Positions 10,269-20,462 of a stretch of DNA of 64,000 bases are shown here, piece by piece. Position 1 is the stretch's first letter. Every line of letters starts with the position of its first letter. A model generated the notes under the pieces. It was not told the DNA's origin. It was given only the letters and a program-made list of their open reading frames with translations, and made no database searches. Both the position numbers and the translations under genes were made by a program. The stretch comes from Trueperaceae bacterium (GTDB lineage: Bacteria; Deinococcota; Deinococci; Deinococcales; Trueperaceae). The stretch covers positions 32,001 through 96,000 of the forward strand of contig OZ243956.1 of the NCBI GenBank assembly GCA_965214405.1, read 5' to 3'.

Positions 10269-11465
10269 ATGCAGGTGTTCCGTCGGTTCTTCTCGAGCCC
10301 ACTCCAGTCGAGTCTCACCCTGCTCGCGCTTGCCCTGGGGGTCGCCGCTGTCACAGCCATCGCGGCATTTATTAGCGTGAGCAGGCTCTCGCAAACGGCG
10401 CTCACGACCTCGCTATGGGCTCGAGAGCTGACGATGCAGACCAGGGAAGACGACCTTTATAAGGCTACTGAAGATGACAGAATGCTTATTCACGAAGTGG
10501 GGCGGTTGGGGGATGAACCGATAACGCTCACCGAAGCTGACATGGAAAGGGCTCGAGAGGGTGCGCCCCTGGTGGATTATGCCTATGTGACCTCACCTGT
10601 GGGCATAGACATGAGTAACATTACTAAAGACGGTACGGATGTTCTTGCCGTGAGCAAGGATTATTTCGCGGTCAACACCATAACGGTGTCGGAGGGCTCG
10701 AGCTTTACCGACAGCGACTACACGCAGCAGCGCGACGTTGCCTTGGTTTCGCCCAGGCTCGTCAAGCTCATGGGCGTGTCCGACCCGATAGGGAAACACG
10801 TTAAAGATGAGTGGGGAGGTTTCGACTTCGAGATTATCGGCGTCTTGAGCGCTCAGGACGCCACGAGTCTTCCTGACATGCTTGTTCCCTTCCGCCCCGA
10901 CCCCTACAACGCGATGAACCCCCCCACTTTCGTGGTTGAGGCCGTTGCTGACGTTGGCGAAGCGCGCGCGCAGTTGCAGGCGTTTGCCGCTAGAACCTGG
11001 GGCGACCGCGTGACCGTGCGCTCGCAAAACCTGAAAAAGTACGCCGCACAACAGCGCTCCACTCGAGTGCTGATTGCCTCGCTCGCGTCTACCGGGTTGG
11101 TAAGTGCGGCCCTGAACATCATGAACCTGCTGCTGGCTCGAGTCTTCAAAAACAGGCGGGACACCGGCATCTTGAGAACCTTAGGCGCAACCCGGAGGAT
11201 GATCAGAAACCGGTACCTCATAGACGCCCTGGTGCTGGGCGTGATAGGTGGCGCTATCGGGGTGGGGTTGGGCTACGGGCTGCTCATCATCTTTGACACC
11301 TACGTGGCCGCTGCCGACCCGCAGGCGATTTCAGTTGCTTCACCCTCACCCATACCGCTGCTTGTCGGTTTCGTTTCAGCCCTCGGGATAAGCGTCGTTT
11401 TCTCCCTCTACCCCGCGCTGTTGGCCTCCCGTCTGAACGTCATCGAATCCCTAAAGGAGTTGTGA
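10269..11465 (+). CDS. MacB/FtsX-family ABC transporter permease (A2, paralog of A1)
   Basis: Shares LW.R.LT.QT, VDYAYVTS, TWG.RVTV, AALNIMNL.LARV with 7719..8939. Confidence 0.9.
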   Translation: MQVFRRFFSSPLQSSLTLLALALGVAAVTAIAAFISVSRLSQTALTTSLWARELTMQTREDDLYKATEDDRMLIHEVGRLGDEPITLTEADMERAREGAPLVDYAYVTSPVGIDMSNITKDGTDVLAVSKDYFAVNTITVSEGSSFTDSDYTQQRDVALVSPRLVKLMGVSDPIGKHVKDEWGGFDFEIIGVLSAQDATSLPDMLVPFRPDPYNAMNPPTFVVEAVADVGEARAQLQAFAARTWGDRVTVRSQNLKKYAAQQRSTRVLIASLASTGLVSAALNIMNLLLARVFKNRRDTGILRTLGATRRMIRNRYLIDALVLGVIGGAIGVGLGYGLLIIFDTYVAAADPQAISVASPSPIPLLVGFVSALGISVVFSLYPALLASRLNVIESLKEL

Positions 11466-11473
11466 GATAGCGC

Positions 11474-12712
11474 GTGAGAACCCTCCTTCTTAACTTGAGA
11501 CGCAGGCCGCTCCGGCTGTTCCTGACGTTTTTGCAGATTCTGTTGGGCAGCCTGGCGATGACGCTGGCGCTCTCCCCTTATTTTTCTCCCGAGGATACCG
11601 GGAGCGACGATACTTTCTTTCTGAATGCAGGTTTCAGGGACGAAGAAGGCGCTATCCTTTACAGTATCTTCAACTCGAGTGACTTCCAGACCCTGAAAAG
11701 CCTCGCGCCTGATGTGGAAGACATAGCGATATACCAGGCTGGCTGGAACGCTGCAAATGTTGTTTATGAGGGCAAGCGGTTCTCCTTTAACGTGGGCGCC
11801 ACCGCCACCGTCGACCTCAACTATTTCGACCTGTCGCCCGTCACTATGACGAGGGGTTACGCCTTTAGCGAGGCTGATGAAAGGGCGCAGGAAGCCGTCG
11901 TTTTGCTGTCGGACAGCTCAGCTCAGCAAATGTTTGGTGACGTTGACCCCATCGGCAAAACGATTCTCAAAACGCCCTCCCACAACTTTTACGAACGGGA
12001 TTCTTTAGACGACGACCCCGTGCCTTACCGGGTCGTCGGCACCTTTGCCGAGACGACGAACGTGCTGTACACGACCCCAGCCATTTATTATCCCGTTTGG
12101 GCGCCGGAGAGTTTTTCTGGCGTTTGGGCGTATCAGGTGCTGGTCAAGGCGACAGGGGGGCGGGGCGACGTGGCCCAAACACAGCTTTTAGCGGCGGCGA
12201 GGCAGCACTACAAAAACGACCCAATGATGCAAGGCGTTGAAGTGGGCGAAGACTTTTTCATCAGCAAGAGGGCGGAGTTTCAGAACGACGAAGCGCCCTT
12301 CAATCCCAACCTCATCATCCTCGCTATGTTCGGCATCATTTCGCTCATTATCGGGTCCATCGGTATGTTTTCGACTACTCTCATTGACATTTTGGAGCGC
12401 GCTCACGACGTCGGCATCAAACGTGCGCTTGGCGCGAGCTGGCTTGACGTTTGCCGGGAGGTCTCTACCGGAACCGCTCTGCTGGCCTTTATAGGCGCTG
12501 CGGCGGGCGCGCTGTGTGCGGCGCTCATTGTATCTCTTTTGCAAAACCCGCTCGGGACGACCTTTTCTTTTGGCTTACCCTTTAGCTGGCAACCCTTGGC
12601 GGCTCTACTCGTGACGCTTATGACGGTCTTGCTGGGCGTCTTGGTAGGCTTTTTCCCCGCGTTTACGATGATGAGAACGAATCCTATAGAAGCGCTGAAG
12701 AAAAAGGTGTAG
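11474..12712 (+). CDS. MacB/FtsX-family ABC transporter permease (B2, paralog of B1)
   Basis: Shares LQI.LGSLAMTLALS, LAPDVE, EAV.LLSD, G.KRALGA with 8941..10173. Confidence 0.9.
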   Translation: MRTLLLNLRRRPLRLFLTFLQILLGSLAMTLALSPYFSPEDTGSDDTFFLNAGFRDEEGAILYSIFNSSDFQTLKSLAPDVEDIAIYQAGWNAANVVYEGKRFSFNVGATATVDLNYFDLSPVTMTRGYAFSEADERAQEAVVLLSDSSAQQMFGDVDPIGKTILKTPSHNFYERDSLDDDPVPYRVVGTFAETTNVLYTTPAIYYPVWAPESFSGVWAYQVLVKATGGRGDVAQTQLLAAARQHYKNDPMMQGVEVGEDFFISKRAEFQNDEAPFNPNLIILAMFGIISLIIGSIGMFSTTLIDILERAHDVGIKRALGASWLDVCREVSTGTALLAFIGAAAGALCAALIVSLLQNPLGTTFSFGLPFSWQPLAALLVTLMTVLLGVLVGFFPAFTMMRTNPIEALKKKV

Positions 12713-12720
12713 ATTTATTT

Positions 12721-14019
12721 ATGACCGACCGCCACGAGCCCATCGTCCAGACCCGCGCCCGGCCCAAGGGCGAGAAGCGCCGCTCCAACTGGTCGTTATG
12801 GGTCTTCGTCGTGGTGGTCTTGGCCCTCCTCCTCACCGTGCCCTTTTTGCTCCTGCGCCCCCGCGCCAACACTTACGTCTTACGCTCCTACGAAACCGCC
12901 ACCGTCCAAACGGGTACGCTGCTCGACTATGTGCGCGGCACCGGCACGGTGGTGCCCCGGCTCGAGCGCAGCGTCGTCTCCCCCGTTGAAGGCACCCTCA
13001 CCGAATGGCTCGTGGCCGAGGGTGACGAGGTTGCAGAGGGCGCGGTGCTCGGGCGGGTGAGCTCGAGAAGCCTAGGCCAAGAGGTCGCGGACGCGCAGAA
13101 AGAGGTGCAGGCGGCGGAACTGGCTTTGGAGAAGCTGAGGCTCGAGCAGAGCACGAACGCCCGCACGCGTGGGCTCGAGCTAGAACGCGCCCAAACGTCC
13201 TTAATTGGAGCAGAAACCGAACTGAGCACCACCCAAAGACTCTTCGACGCGGGCGCGGCTTCTCGCAATGACTTGGATACGGCCAAAGCGAAGGTTTCAC
13301 AGGCGCAAGAAGAGGTGGAGAGCCAAACGCTTGCTCAACAGGACGCGGTGAGCGCCGACGCGCTTGCGACCCAAGAAGCGCAACTGAGGCTCGAGCAAGC
13401 CCAGGCCAAACTCGTCTCGGTAGAGGAGAAAGAGGCGGGGCTCGAGCTCAAGGCCCCCGTCGCAGGGCGGGTAATGAAACTCGCATTAGCGGCGGGCGGG
13501 AACGTCCAGCCGCAGGCCGTCCTCGCCACCGTCGCCAGTTCGCAAGACGTGCGGGTGAACGTCTCCATCCCCGAGGCGCAGGCGAGCCGGGTGAGCGTGG
13601 GTCAGCCCGCCAAGCTAAGGGTCGGCCCCACCGACTTTGAGGGCAGCGTCGTCGGGGTGTCGCCCAACGCCGAGGCGGGCGCGAACGGCCCCGTCGTGGG
13701 GGTGGCGCTAGGATTCGACTCTCCGCCCCAGGACATCCGCATCGGCGCGAGCGCGGGCGCGGACATCGAGGTGGACCGTAAAGAGGACGCGCTTTATCTG
13801 CCCAGAGGGGCTTTTTTAAGCACCGGCGGCGAACGCTTTGTCTATCTGGTGAACGGCGACAGGGCGGTGCGCACCAACGTCTTGTTTGGACTGGTTGACG
13901 GGAACAACGTTGAGGTAAGGGAGGGGCTTGTACCGGGCGACAACATCGTGAGCAGTTCGTACGAGGCGTTCAAGGAAGAGGCGGAAGTCAGCCTCATCGC
14001 GGAAGGGGAGGTCAAGTAG
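12721..14019 (+). CDS. Efflux periplasmic adaptor / membrane fusion protein (HlyD/MacA-like)
   Basis: N-terminal TM, lipoyl-like V.EGDEV.EG, coiled coil, LKAPVAGRV, VEVREGL. Confidence 0.9.
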   Translation: MTDRHEPIVQTRARPKGEKRRSNWSLWVFVVVVLALLLTVPFLLLRPRANTYVLRSYETATVQTGTLLDYVRGTGTVVPRLERSVVSPVEGTLTEWLVAEGDEVAEGAVLGRVSSRSLGQEVADAQKEVQAAELALEKLRLEQSTNARTRGLELERAQTSLIGAETELSTTQRLFDAGAASRNDLDTAKAKVSQAQEEVESQTLAQQDAVSADALATQEAQLRLEQAQAKLVSVEEKEAGLELKAPVAGRVMKLALAAGGNVQPQAVLATVASSQDVRVNVSIPEAQASRVSVGQPAKLRVGPTDFEGSVVGVSPNAEAGANGPVVGVALGFDSPPQDIRIGASAGADIEVDRKEDALYLPRGAFLSTGGERFVYLVNGDRAVRTNVLFGLVDGNNVEVREGLVPGDNIVSSSYEAFKEEAEVSLIAEGEVK

Positions 14020-14021
14020 GC

Positions 14022-14795
14022 GTGGACGGCGACGGGACAACAGACAGAACAACGAGCAAAGTAAAGGACAGCGCAACAGACAAAGCGATGATAGAGCTTA
14101 GAGACATCTACAAGGTCTACAACATGGGCGAAGTGGACGTGCCCGCCTTGGACGGGGTGGACTTTACCGTGCGGCGCGGGGAGTTCGTGAGCGTGGTGGG
14201 CCAGTCGGGCTCGGGCAAATCAACCTTGCTGCACCTCTTGGGTTGTCTCGACACGCCCACTTCGGGTGCGTACGAGCTCGAGGGCCACAATATTACCCAC
14301 CTGCCCGACAAGGAGCTCTCGCGCATCCGCAACCGGCACTTTGGCTTCGTGTTTCAGGCGTACAACTTGCTCTCCGACATGACCGCGTTAGAAAACGTCG
14401 AGCAAACGCTTCTCTACGCGGGCGTGCCCGCCAAAGAGCGGCGTGAGCGGGCGCGGGCGGCGCTCGAGCAGGTCGGCTTGGGCGACCGCGCCAAGCACCT
14501 GCCCAGCCAGCTCTCGGGCGGTCAGCAGCAAAGGGTCGCCATCGCGCGGGCGCTCATCAACAGGCCGACGCTGCTCCTCGCGGACGAGCCCACGGGCAAC
14601 CTCAACAGCGAAGCGGGCGACGCGGTCTTGAAAATTCTCACGGGGCTCCACGAGGGGGGCGCGTCCATCGTGATGGTCACCCACGACCCGCGCATCGCGG
14701 TGTTAGCCGAGCGGCAGGTGATGATGCAAGACGGGCGGCTCTTGCGCGACGCGCCGGTCGAAGCGCGGACCGTGCTGGCTCCTTCGGCTGTTTAA
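14022..14795 (+). CDS. ABC transporter ATP-binding protein (LolD/MacB-type)
   Basis: GQSGSGKST, LSGGQQQRVAIARA, LLADEPTGNL. Confidence 0.95.
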   Translation: MDGDGTTDRTTSKVKDSATDKAMIELRDIYKVYNMGEVDVPALDGVDFTVRRGEFVSVVGQSGSGKSTLLHLLGCLDTPTSGAYELEGHNITHLPDKELSRIRNRHFGFVFQAYNLLSDMTALENVEQTLLYAGVPAKERRERARAALEQVGLGDRAKHLPSQLSGGQQQRVAIARALINRPTLLLADEPTGNLNSEAGDAVLKILTGLHEGGASIVMVTHDPRIAVLAERQVMMQDGRLLRDAPVEARTVLAPSAV

Positions 14796-14927
14796 GGGTG
14801 TGAGCGTGGGGTCGTGCCGCTTTTAAGTTCCCGTCCACTTACCTTTTAGTTATCGCCTAGTAACCGCCTAACCCGTCCTCGAGCCTCTCACGTTCAATAC
14901 TGGCGTGGGAGCAAGCTGAGCCGCTTT

Positions 14928-15887
14928 TTACGTTTTCAGCTCGAGCCAAGCCAACTCGTCAGGCGTGAGCTTGACGGAGAGCGCCGCCACGTTCTGCTCG
15001 AATTCTTCAGGCGTTCTGCAACCGACGAGCGCAAAGATGTTGAGCGGTTGACTCGTTACGTAGGCGAGCGCGACTTGCGGCAGGCTGAGGCTTTTGTCCG
15101 CCGCCAGCTTCTCGGCGCGCCCCAGCCGCTCAAAGTTCTCCTCAGACGCGTACGAGCTCACGCAGAGTTTATCGAGGTAAGACGTGAAACTCTCTAGGTT
15201 GTCCCGCCGGAACCGGCCCGAGAAAAAGCCGCCCGCCAAGCTCGACCAGGTAAAGAGCGCCAGGCCCGTGTCCCGGTAGTACGTCCTGGCCGCCGCGCCC
15301 CCCTCACCGCTGACGCTGACGCAATCGGGCCAGGGGGCCTGTATTTGCTCGGCCAGGCTAAAGTTCGGGCTGCTGGCGACAAAGGGAACGAGCTTGTTGC
15401 GCTCGGCGTAGGCGTTGGCCTCAGCAACGCGTTCCGTGGTCCAGTTGGAGCCGCCAAAGGCGTGGATGCGGCCCGCCTCGAGATACCTGTTGAGCACGTC
15501 CACGATAGGCCCGACCGGCACCGACGGGTCGTCGCGGTGGAGCACGTAGAGGTCGATATAGTCGACGCCCAGACGCGCCAGCGAGTCGTGCAGGTCGGCC
15601 TCGATATCAAAGGGCGTGACCCTTTTGCGGTCCCCGTTATGGTGCGCGCCCTTGCCGAGGATGACGACCCGGTCGCGCAGCCCGCGCGCCCCCAACCAAC
15701 GGCCAAAGGCGCGCTCGCAGGCCCCCGCGCCGTAGCCGTGGGCGGTGTCGAAGGTGGTGCAACCCTGCGCGAAGATCTCGTCGAGCAGGGTGAAATCTGC
15801 CCCCGAATCGCTGCCGTCCACCATCACCGTGCCTTGCACGAGCCGCGACACCCTTTTGTCGATGCCGGGAACCTTGCCGTAGTCCAT
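14928..15887 (-). CDS. Aldo/keto reductase
   Basis: FDTAHGYG, SLARLGVDYIDLYVLHRDD, GGSNW; start uncertain (ATG 15887 or GTG 15902). Confidence 0.92.
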   Translation of the reverse strand: MDYGKVPGIDKRVSRLVQGTVMVDGSDSGADFTLLDEIFAQGCTTFDTAHGYGAGACERAFGRWLGARGLRDRVVILGKGAHHNGDRKRVTPFDIEADLHDSLARLGVDYIDLYVLHRDDPSVPVGPIVDVLNRYLEAGRIHAFGGSNWTTERVAEANAYAERNKLVPFVASSPNFSLAEQIQAPWPDCVSVSGEGGAAARTYYRDTGLALFTWSSLAGGFFSGRFRRDNLESFTSYLDKLCVSSYASEENFERLGRAEKLAADKSLSLPQVALAYVTSQPLNIFALVGCRTPEEFEQNVAALSVKLTPDELAWLELKT

Positions 15888-16139
15888 TTTATAGTCCGTC
15901 ACACCTCCACTATAACAGCGCGTGAGTCCGGCAGCGCGGCATCCTCGAACGGTTTGTGCCCCTATGGCCGGACCCTTGGCTGGCAACCACACGCTGTTCT
16001 AGAGTAACGCGGCACCCACGTGCGCGCCTCACCAAACGGCCGCGGCCCGCGCGTTTGCGTGACTTGACGGGTACAGCTTCCCAGCGCGCTACGGCTTCAG
16101 CTATCTACCGTTGAGCCGCTGAAAGGCGAGAAGGCGAGA

Positions 16140-16168
16140 TTGACAGGCGAGGACCCAACTGCTACAGT
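16140..16168 (+). promoter_or_regulatory. Sigma70-type promoter of second sugar ABC cluster
   Basis: TTGACA 16140-16145, 17-nt spacer, TACAGT 16163-16168. Confidence 0.55.
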
Positions 16169-16298
16169 TTGGTAGCAACAACAACATACGCGGTAAGAAT
16201 TTTGATGCGGGGGGTTTAGCGGTGACCTGATTCATCCTTTACAAAGCGAGCTTTACTCTTTGCCGTACCCCCTGAAAACTTTTCGAAAGGAAACACCT

Positions 16299-17597
16299 AT
16301 GCACCCTAAAAAACGTTCTCCTGCGGTGCGCCTGCTCGCCAGCGTGTGCTTGGCCGTATGCAGCGCCCTAACTCTTACCCCCGCTTTCGCCCAGTCGGGT
16401 GCGCCCGTGACGCTCGAGTTCTGGGCCTGGGTCCAGGGCAGCGAAGAGGCCGTCGCCTGCTGGAACGAGTCGCACCCGGACGTTCAGGTCAACTACACGC
16501 GCACCACCGGCGGCACCGAGCACTACAACAAGTTGAAAACCGCCGTGGCGGCGGGCGCGGGGCCGGACGTCGCCCAGGTCGAGTTTCAGCTCCTGACCAG
16601 CATGGCGGTCAACGGGGTGGTCCAGCCCATCACGCAAGAGGCCGCCTCGGCGCAAGATAGGTTTATCGACTGGACCTGGCAGCAAGTCACCCTGGGCGGC
16701 GACGTCTACGCCATCCCACAAGACATTGGGCCGATGGCGATGTTTTACAACAAAGAGGTTTTCGAGGAGTACGACATCGCGGTGCCGACGACCTGGGAAG
16801 AGTTCGCCGCCGCCGCGGAAAAGCTGCACGCCGCGGACCCGACGAAGTACATCGCGCATCTCCCGCCCAACAACGTGGGCCAGTTCGTCGGCTTGGTCTG
16901 GCAAAACAACGCCCGCTGGTTCGGCATCGAGGGCGACGCCTGGCAGGTTAGCATTGGCGGCGAAGAGAGCAAAGAGGTCGCCGCGTTTTGGCAGGACCTC
17001 ATCGCGCGCGACCTTGTCAAGGTCGCGTCGGACTTTAACCCCGCCTGGTATCAAGACTTAGCCAACGGCACCATCGCCACCTGGACGAGCGCGGTGTGGG
17101 GTGCGGGCACCCTGGCCACCAACGTGCCCGACGGCGCGGGCAAGTGGGCGGTGGCCTACATGCCGCAGTGGGAGGCGGGCGCTGAGACCGCGAGCAACTG
17201 GGGCGGCTCCACCACCGCCGTCATCGCGGGCAGCGAGCACGTCGAAGAAGCCGTCGAATTCGCCACGTACCTCAACAGCGACCCCTGTCCTTTGGAAGCG
17301 ATGATCCGCGGGAACAACATCTTCCCGGCCACGACGGAAGGGGCCAACCTGCCCGTGCTGAACGAGGCCAATCCTTACTTCGGCGACCAGGTGATTAACG
17401 ACACCTTCCGCCAGGCCGCGCAGAACGTCGACCCGTCCTGGACCTGGGGGCCGACGATGGACCAGGTTTACGCGACGCTCGGTGACCAGTTCACGGCGGC
17501 CACCAACGGCGCCGACACCCTCTCGGACGCGCTGGACACGACTCAGGAGAGCACCGTTGCGGAGATGAATCAAATGGGCTTGACGGTTGCGCCCTAA
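16299..17597 (+). CDS. Sugar ABC transporter substrate-binding protein
   Basis: SD AAAGGA then ATG 16299; signal peptide ending AFA; GPDVAQVEF, PQDIGPMAMFYN, NWGGS. Confidence 0.92.
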   Translation: MHPKKRSPAVRLLASVCLAVCSALTLTPAFAQSGAPVTLEFWAWVQGSEEAVACWNESHPDVQVNYTRTTGGTEHYNKLKTAVAAGAGPDVAQVEFQLLTSMAVNGVVQPITQEAASAQDRFIDWTWQQVTLGGDVYAIPQDIGPMAMFYNKEVFEEYDIAVPTTWEEFAAAAEKLHAADPTKYIAHLPPNNVGQFVGLVWQNNARWFGIEGDAWQVSIGGEESKEVAAFWQDLIARDLVKVASDFNPAWYQDLANGTIATWTSAVWGAGTLATNVPDGAGKWAVAYMPQWEAGAETASNWGGSTTAVIAGSEHVEEAVEFATYLNSDPCPLEAMIRGNNIFPATTEGANLPVLNEANPYFGDQVINDTFRQAAQNVDPSWTWGPTMDQVYATLGDQFTAATNGADTLSDALDTTQESTVAEMNQMGLTVAP

Positions 17598-17605
17598 GAA
17601 ACAAA

Positions 17606-17635
17606 GGAGCCAGGCGGGTGAACCCGCCTGGCTCC
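17606..17635 (+). terminator. Intercistronic stem-loop after binding-protein gene
   Basis: Perfect inverted repeat GGAGCCAGGCGGGT-GA-ACCCGCCTGGCTCC; no U-tail, so more likely an mRNA stabiliser. Confidence 0.6.
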
Positions 17636-17636
17636 A

Positions 17637-18605
17637 ATGCGCGCCAAGGAGAAAGGTGTGAGCAGCGCTAACACAAAGGCGTCGTTAGTAGAACCCACGT
17701 CGCCGAAGCGGCAGCGGAGTTTTTTTTGCCGCAAGAGAATGGTGGGGTACGCCTTTCTGGCACCTTTCATGCTGGTCTTCTTCGTCTTTCAGCTCCTGCC
17801 GGTCGGTTACGCCCTGTGGCAGAGCGTGTTTGCGACCACCCGCTCCGGCCTCGGCATCGGCGCGGCGACAACTCGCTTCGTGGGGTTTGAAAACTACGCG
17901 CGGGCGCTCCAGGACCAGGAATTTATCGCGGGCGTGTTGCGCATGTTGCTCTTCGGCGTCGTTCAGGTGCCGATTATGCTCGGTTTGGCGCTGCTCTTGG
18001 CGCTGCTGTTCGACTCGAGCTTGGCGGTGTTCAGGCAGTTTTTTCAGCTCTCGGCCTTTTTGCCCTACGCGCTGCCGGGCATCGTCGCGTCTATCTTGTG
18101 GTCTTTTTTATATTTGCCCGGCGTGAGCCCGGTGGTGTCGGCGCTCGAGGCGCTAAACTTACCGCACAATTTTTTGGGGGCCGGGGCCGTGCTGTGGTCG
18201 ATCGCCAACATCGTGACCTGGCAGTGGACGGGCTACAACATGCTCATTATTTTCGCGGCGTTACAGGCGCTGCCGCGAGACATCTTTGAGGCGGCCCGGA
18301 TCGACGGCGCGAGCGAGTTTCAGCTCAACACCCGCATCAAAGTGCCGCTGGTGTTCCCGGCGGTGATTCTCACCGCCGTGTTTTCGATTATCGGCACGCT
18401 GCAACTCTTTTCCGAACCGATGATCGTCAGGACGCTGACGAACAACGTCACCTCGAAATTCACCCCGAACATGGCGGCTTACAACATCGCCTTTAACGGC
18501 AACAACCCGAACTACGCCGCGGCTGTCGCCGTCGTCCTGGCGGTCGCCACCTTTGTCCTGTCGTTCGGTTTTATGCGGCTCGCGCAGCGAGGCGTGGGCG
18601 AATGA
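17637..18605 (+). CDS. Sugar ABC transporter permease (MalF-type)
   Basis: WQWTGYNM, IFEAARIDGA. Confidence 0.93.
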   Translation: MRAKEKGVSSANTKASLVEPTSPKRQRSFFCRKRMVGYAFLAPFMLVFFVFQLLPVGYALWQSVFATTRSGLGIGAATTRFVGFENYARALQDQEFIAGVLRMLLFGVVQVPIMLGLALLLALLFDSSLAVFRQFFQLSAFLPYALPGIVASILWSFLYLPGVSPVVSALEALNLPHNFLGAGAVLWSIANIVTWQWTGYNMLIIFAALQALPRDIFEAARIDGASEFQLNTRIKVPLVFPAVILTAVFSIIGTLQLFSEPMIVRTLTNNVTSKFTPNMAAYNIAFNGNNPNYAAAVAVVLAVATFVLSFGFMRLAQRGVGE

Positions 18606-19465
18606 GCGCCCGGCGTAGCGCGCTGACCCCGGCCCTCGGGTCGCGGACGCTCACCACTATTTTTCTAGTTGTCATCGCAGGGTACTGCTTGCTGCCGGTG
18701 TCCTGGCTGATTTTTGCCGCGACCAAGAGTACGGGCGACCTGTACAGCTCGTTCGGCTTCTGGTTCGCGGACTTTAACCTGTTCGACAACCTCAGGCGGC
18801 TCGGCGCGGAGGACGGCGGCGTGTTCGTCCGCTGGATGCTCAACTCGGTGCTGTACGCGGGCGTGGGCGGCTTTTTGGGGATGCTCCTGTCCGCGCTGGC
18901 CGGGTACGCGCTCGCCAAACACGAGTTCGCCGGGCGGGAGCTTGTGTTCGGCGTTATCCTGGGCGGGGTGCTTATTCCGGGCGCGATCCTGGCGCTGCCG
19001 CTGTTTTTGCTACTCAGCAAGATCGGGCTGACCAACACCTACTTGGGCGTGCTGCTGCCGAGTCTGGTCAGTCCGTTCGGCGTGTACCTGTCGCGGGTCT
19101 ACGCGGCGGCCTCGGTGCCGGATGAACTGCTCGAGGCCGCCCGCGTCGACGGCTCGGGCGAGTTCAGGACCTTTTTTACTATCGTGTTGCGGATTATGGG
19201 ACCCGCGCTGGTCACAATTTTTCTTTTTCAGTTCGTGGCGATCTGGAACAACTTTTTCCTGCCGCTGGTCGTCTTAAGCAACAACGACCTCTTTCCCGTG
19301 ACGCTCGGGCTCTACGCGTGGCAGGGTCAAGCGCTGGGCGATCCCGACATCGTCAGCTTGGTGATTACCGGCTCGCTGGTCGCCAGCATCCCGCTCGTTA
19401 TCTTGTTTTTCATGCTGCAACGCTACTGGCGCGCGGGCGCGACGGCGGGCGCGGTGAAAGGCTAA
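18602..19465 (+). CDS. Sugar ABC transporter permease (MalG-type)
   Basis: LLEAARVDG, WNNFFLP, AGAVKG. Confidence 0.93.
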   Translation: MSARRSALTPALGSRTLTTIFLVVIAGYCLLPVSWLIFAATKSTGDLYSSFGFWFADFNLFDNLRRLGAEDGGVFVRWMLNSVLYAGVGGFLGMLLSALAGYALAKHEFAGRELVFGVILGGVLIPGAILALPLFLLLSKIGLTNTYLGVLLPSLVSPFGVYLSRVYAAASVPDELLEAARVDGSGEFRTFFTIVLRIMGPALVTIFLFQFVAIWNNFFLPLVVLSNNDLFPVTLGLYAWQGQALGDPDIVSLVITGSLVASIPLVILFFMLQRYWRAGATAGAVKG

Positions 19466-19547
19466 TTGGGAAGCCTTCTCATAAGCGTGCCCAAAGTTTT
19501 GTCAATACTAATGCTCAACCAATGCCCTATACGACTGAACTCGACCG

Positions 19548-20240
19548 TCACCGCAACGGAGCGCGCGTCCCCTGAACCTTCTTTGCAAGCCAAACCGTGT
19601 GCCGCGCGCCGCGCTTCCCATGTGCCCGCACCCGCTCCTCTGTAACCACGAATCCTAACCTGCTCAGACGCCGCGCGAACGCCGGGCTCGGATGCGCCGA
19701 CCACACCGCCAGGACGCCGCCGGATCTAAGCGACGTAAAGGCCGCCGCCAAGCCGCTCACCGAGTAGAGCCACGCGTTATTCTCCTGCGTCAGCCCCTCG
19801 GGGCCGTTGTCGACGTCGAGGAGGATGGCGTGAAAGCTCGAGCCCCCGTCCAACAGCCCAGCCACATCCCCTTCAACCACCGTCACGCGTTTGTCACGAA
19901 TGGGATACTGGTTGAGGCCGCCCAGCGCCCCCCGGTTCCACCTGACAACCTCGGGAACGAGTTCGGCAACCGTCACTTTGCTGTCAGGGCCGAGCGCGTC
20001 CAGCACCGCCCGCAGCGTAAAGCCCATGCCGAGACCGCCGACAAGCACCCTGGCCGCCTCTGTATGGTCCAGTTTTTCACACGCGAGACGCGCCAGCGCC
20101 CTCTCCGAACCGTGCCCGCGGCTATTCATCAGCTCGATGTTGGCGAGCCTAAGCGAGAACTCCGCGCCGCGCCGGTACAGCTTGAGCGCGTCTCCCCCGC
20201 CGGGCACGCGGGCGCTGCCGACCAACTCCCAGGGGATCAC
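19548..20240 (-). CDS. Spermidine synthase-like SAM-dependent methyltransferase-fold protein
   Basis: VLVGGLGMGFT, VAELVPEV, ILLDVDNGP. Confidence 0.8.
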   Translation of the reverse strand: MIPWELVGSARVPGGGDALKLYRRGAEFSLRLANIELMNSRGHGSERALARLACEKLDHTEAARVLVGGLGMGFTLRAVLDALGPDSKVTVAELVPEVVRWNRGALGGLNQYPIRDKRVTVVEGDVAGLLDGGSSFHAILLDVDNGPEGLTQENNAWLYSVSGLAAAFTSLRSGGVLAVWSAHPSPAFARRLSRLGFVVTEERVRAHGKRGARHTVWLAKKVQGTRAPLR

Positions 20241-20430
20241 GAAGAAGTCACAGTCATAAAAAAGTTACAAGGTCTTGGTAGAAGTGTTGAGGACCGGGTT
20301 CAAAGTCTTCTCAGGATTCGGATCTCGGCACTTAACTTCTCCCTAGTATAAACCTCCTACTTGGTAACGACAAAACCTGAGCCCGCACAAAACGGTGAAA
20401 GCTCACCCATCTGGAAACCGGGAGCAAAAG

Positions 20431-20462
20431 AAAAACCCTGGGTCACTTTGACCCAGGGTTTC
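20431..20462 (-). terminator. Intrinsic terminator of tmRNA
   Basis: AACCCTGGGTCA..TGACCCAGGGTT hairpin followed by a T-run on the minus strand. Confidence 0.8.
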
